Assembly (NCBI GenBank): GCA_012295275.1
Contig: CM022668.1
Location: 13,082,001-13,146,000, forward strand
Origin: Chrysomallon squamiferum
Taxonomy: Eukaryota; Animalia; Mollusca
DNA: 64,000 bases
Reading direction: 5' to 3'
In this document: in pieces, positions 62,926 through 64,000 of the stretch
Numbering within the stretch: the first letter of the stretch is position 1
How the letters are laid out: the number at the start of each line of letters is the position of its first letter
Translations under genes and position numbers: made by a program
The notes under the pieces: generated by a model
What the model was told of the DNA's origin: nothing
Seen by the model: only the letters and a program-made list of their open reading frames with translations
The model's database searches: none

Positions 62926-63115
62926 TTTCATAACTTAATTGAGATGTTATGTTAGTACAATCGACCGAAACGATTATTTCCGAAAACTGTCGGAAATTAA
63001 ATATGCTATTTCAGGTTATTTATGATGATTCTCGTTTTTTTTTTATTTAAAAGGGGAAAGTTAAATAAAGCAAGAACAAAAAGCGAAATGGTAATTTATT
63101 AATCATAAAAGAAGA
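62926..63115. repeat. Right copy of the ~190-bp inverted duplication (partner 53077-53263)
   Basis: Reverse complement of 53077-53263. Confidence 0.95.
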
Positions 63116-63153
63116 AATTTATATTATATTATTTATATTATTTATTTATTTGT

Positions 63154-63188
<35 letters not shown>

Positions 63189-64000
63189 CTTACTCACTTA
63201 TTTATTTATTTTTAATTTAAATAATTGTTGATTATGAAGATAAAATCGTATGATTTGTGCTCGAGACAGGAATAACATTCAACACATTTTGTTTATGTTA
63301 GAAAGTGTATTTTAATCATTTTTCGTTCTAATTGTGTATCAACCTTTAACAACAATCAACACAGGCGGTCATTAGCATTAAGACTGTCCTTTATTTTATT
63401 TTTTTTATTATTTTTTTTTTTTACGATAAATAAATAAATATCTTGTAATAGTTATTTACGTTTCTTATTAAATTCTGTTTATGAACAATATAACCACTGT
63501 TGACCTTTGATGAAACCCACCTCGGTTTTCTGTGTTTCAGTAAAAAAAAATCTGGAAAAAAAAAAAATCATTAAAATTTGAACTTAACTCCATTTCTCTT
63601 ATTGCTGGGTACTTTCACTTTCACTTTCCACTGTACAATCACGGCAACCCAGCAACCCTCTCTCAACCCACTTTCCACCAAGGTAAGAGTAAATTTTACA
63701 ACTGCGTCCATAACCATCGAAAAATTAACAAACTCAACCCAACCTAGCCCAACATTTTTTCTTCAAATCATTACGACATTTGTGTTCAGTGTTTTTAACG
63801 TGTGCATATTGTTCTCACATTGTTATGTTACTGTATAGTGCAGTTGTTGTGTGTACTGAATGTTTAATGTTCCGGTGAATGTTTTAGGGTTGATGCTTCA
63901 CACATTCGCAATTTCCCAGACTTTTGCATTTTCCGGATCGGTGGGTTCCCTCCTCCCCCACTCCCAGCTAGTTCGTGAAATTGAGGGTATACAGTAATCA

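Overview
AT-rich, microsatellite-dense animal genomic DNA with spliceosomal introns. Composition and peptide types suggest a lophotrochozoan, probably a mollusc such as a coleoid cephalopod (inference). Most ORFs in the supplied track are microsatellite artefacts, and the real genes appear only after manual splicing. From left to right the window holds: (1) a two-exon BTB/POZ gene (- strand, 3537-2297); (2) a four-copy tandem array of a ~4.7-5.1 kb unit (~3.7-23.1 kb), each copy carrying an intact two-exon gene for a 246-aa divergent C2-domain protein ending in a CaaX-like CACQ; (3) a cluster of three neuropeptide-precursor genes within ~25 kb. Gene B (+, 43161-46534) is a recognisable allatotropin-family precursor with an atypical peptide. 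Gene A (-, 31553-30006) is a hidden paralog with the same 92-nt and 62-nt coding exons, the same intron phases and an intact EF-hand loop, but a non-amidated peptide. Gene C (-, from 55222) encodes GYPSRFDRMGRFYamide, is possibly a third degenerate paralog, and is bracketed by a ~190-bp inverted duplication. Several orphan promoter/first-exon modules, CRE sites, minisatellites and a foldback structure are also present. All gene models were read by eye and need RNA-seq confirmation.
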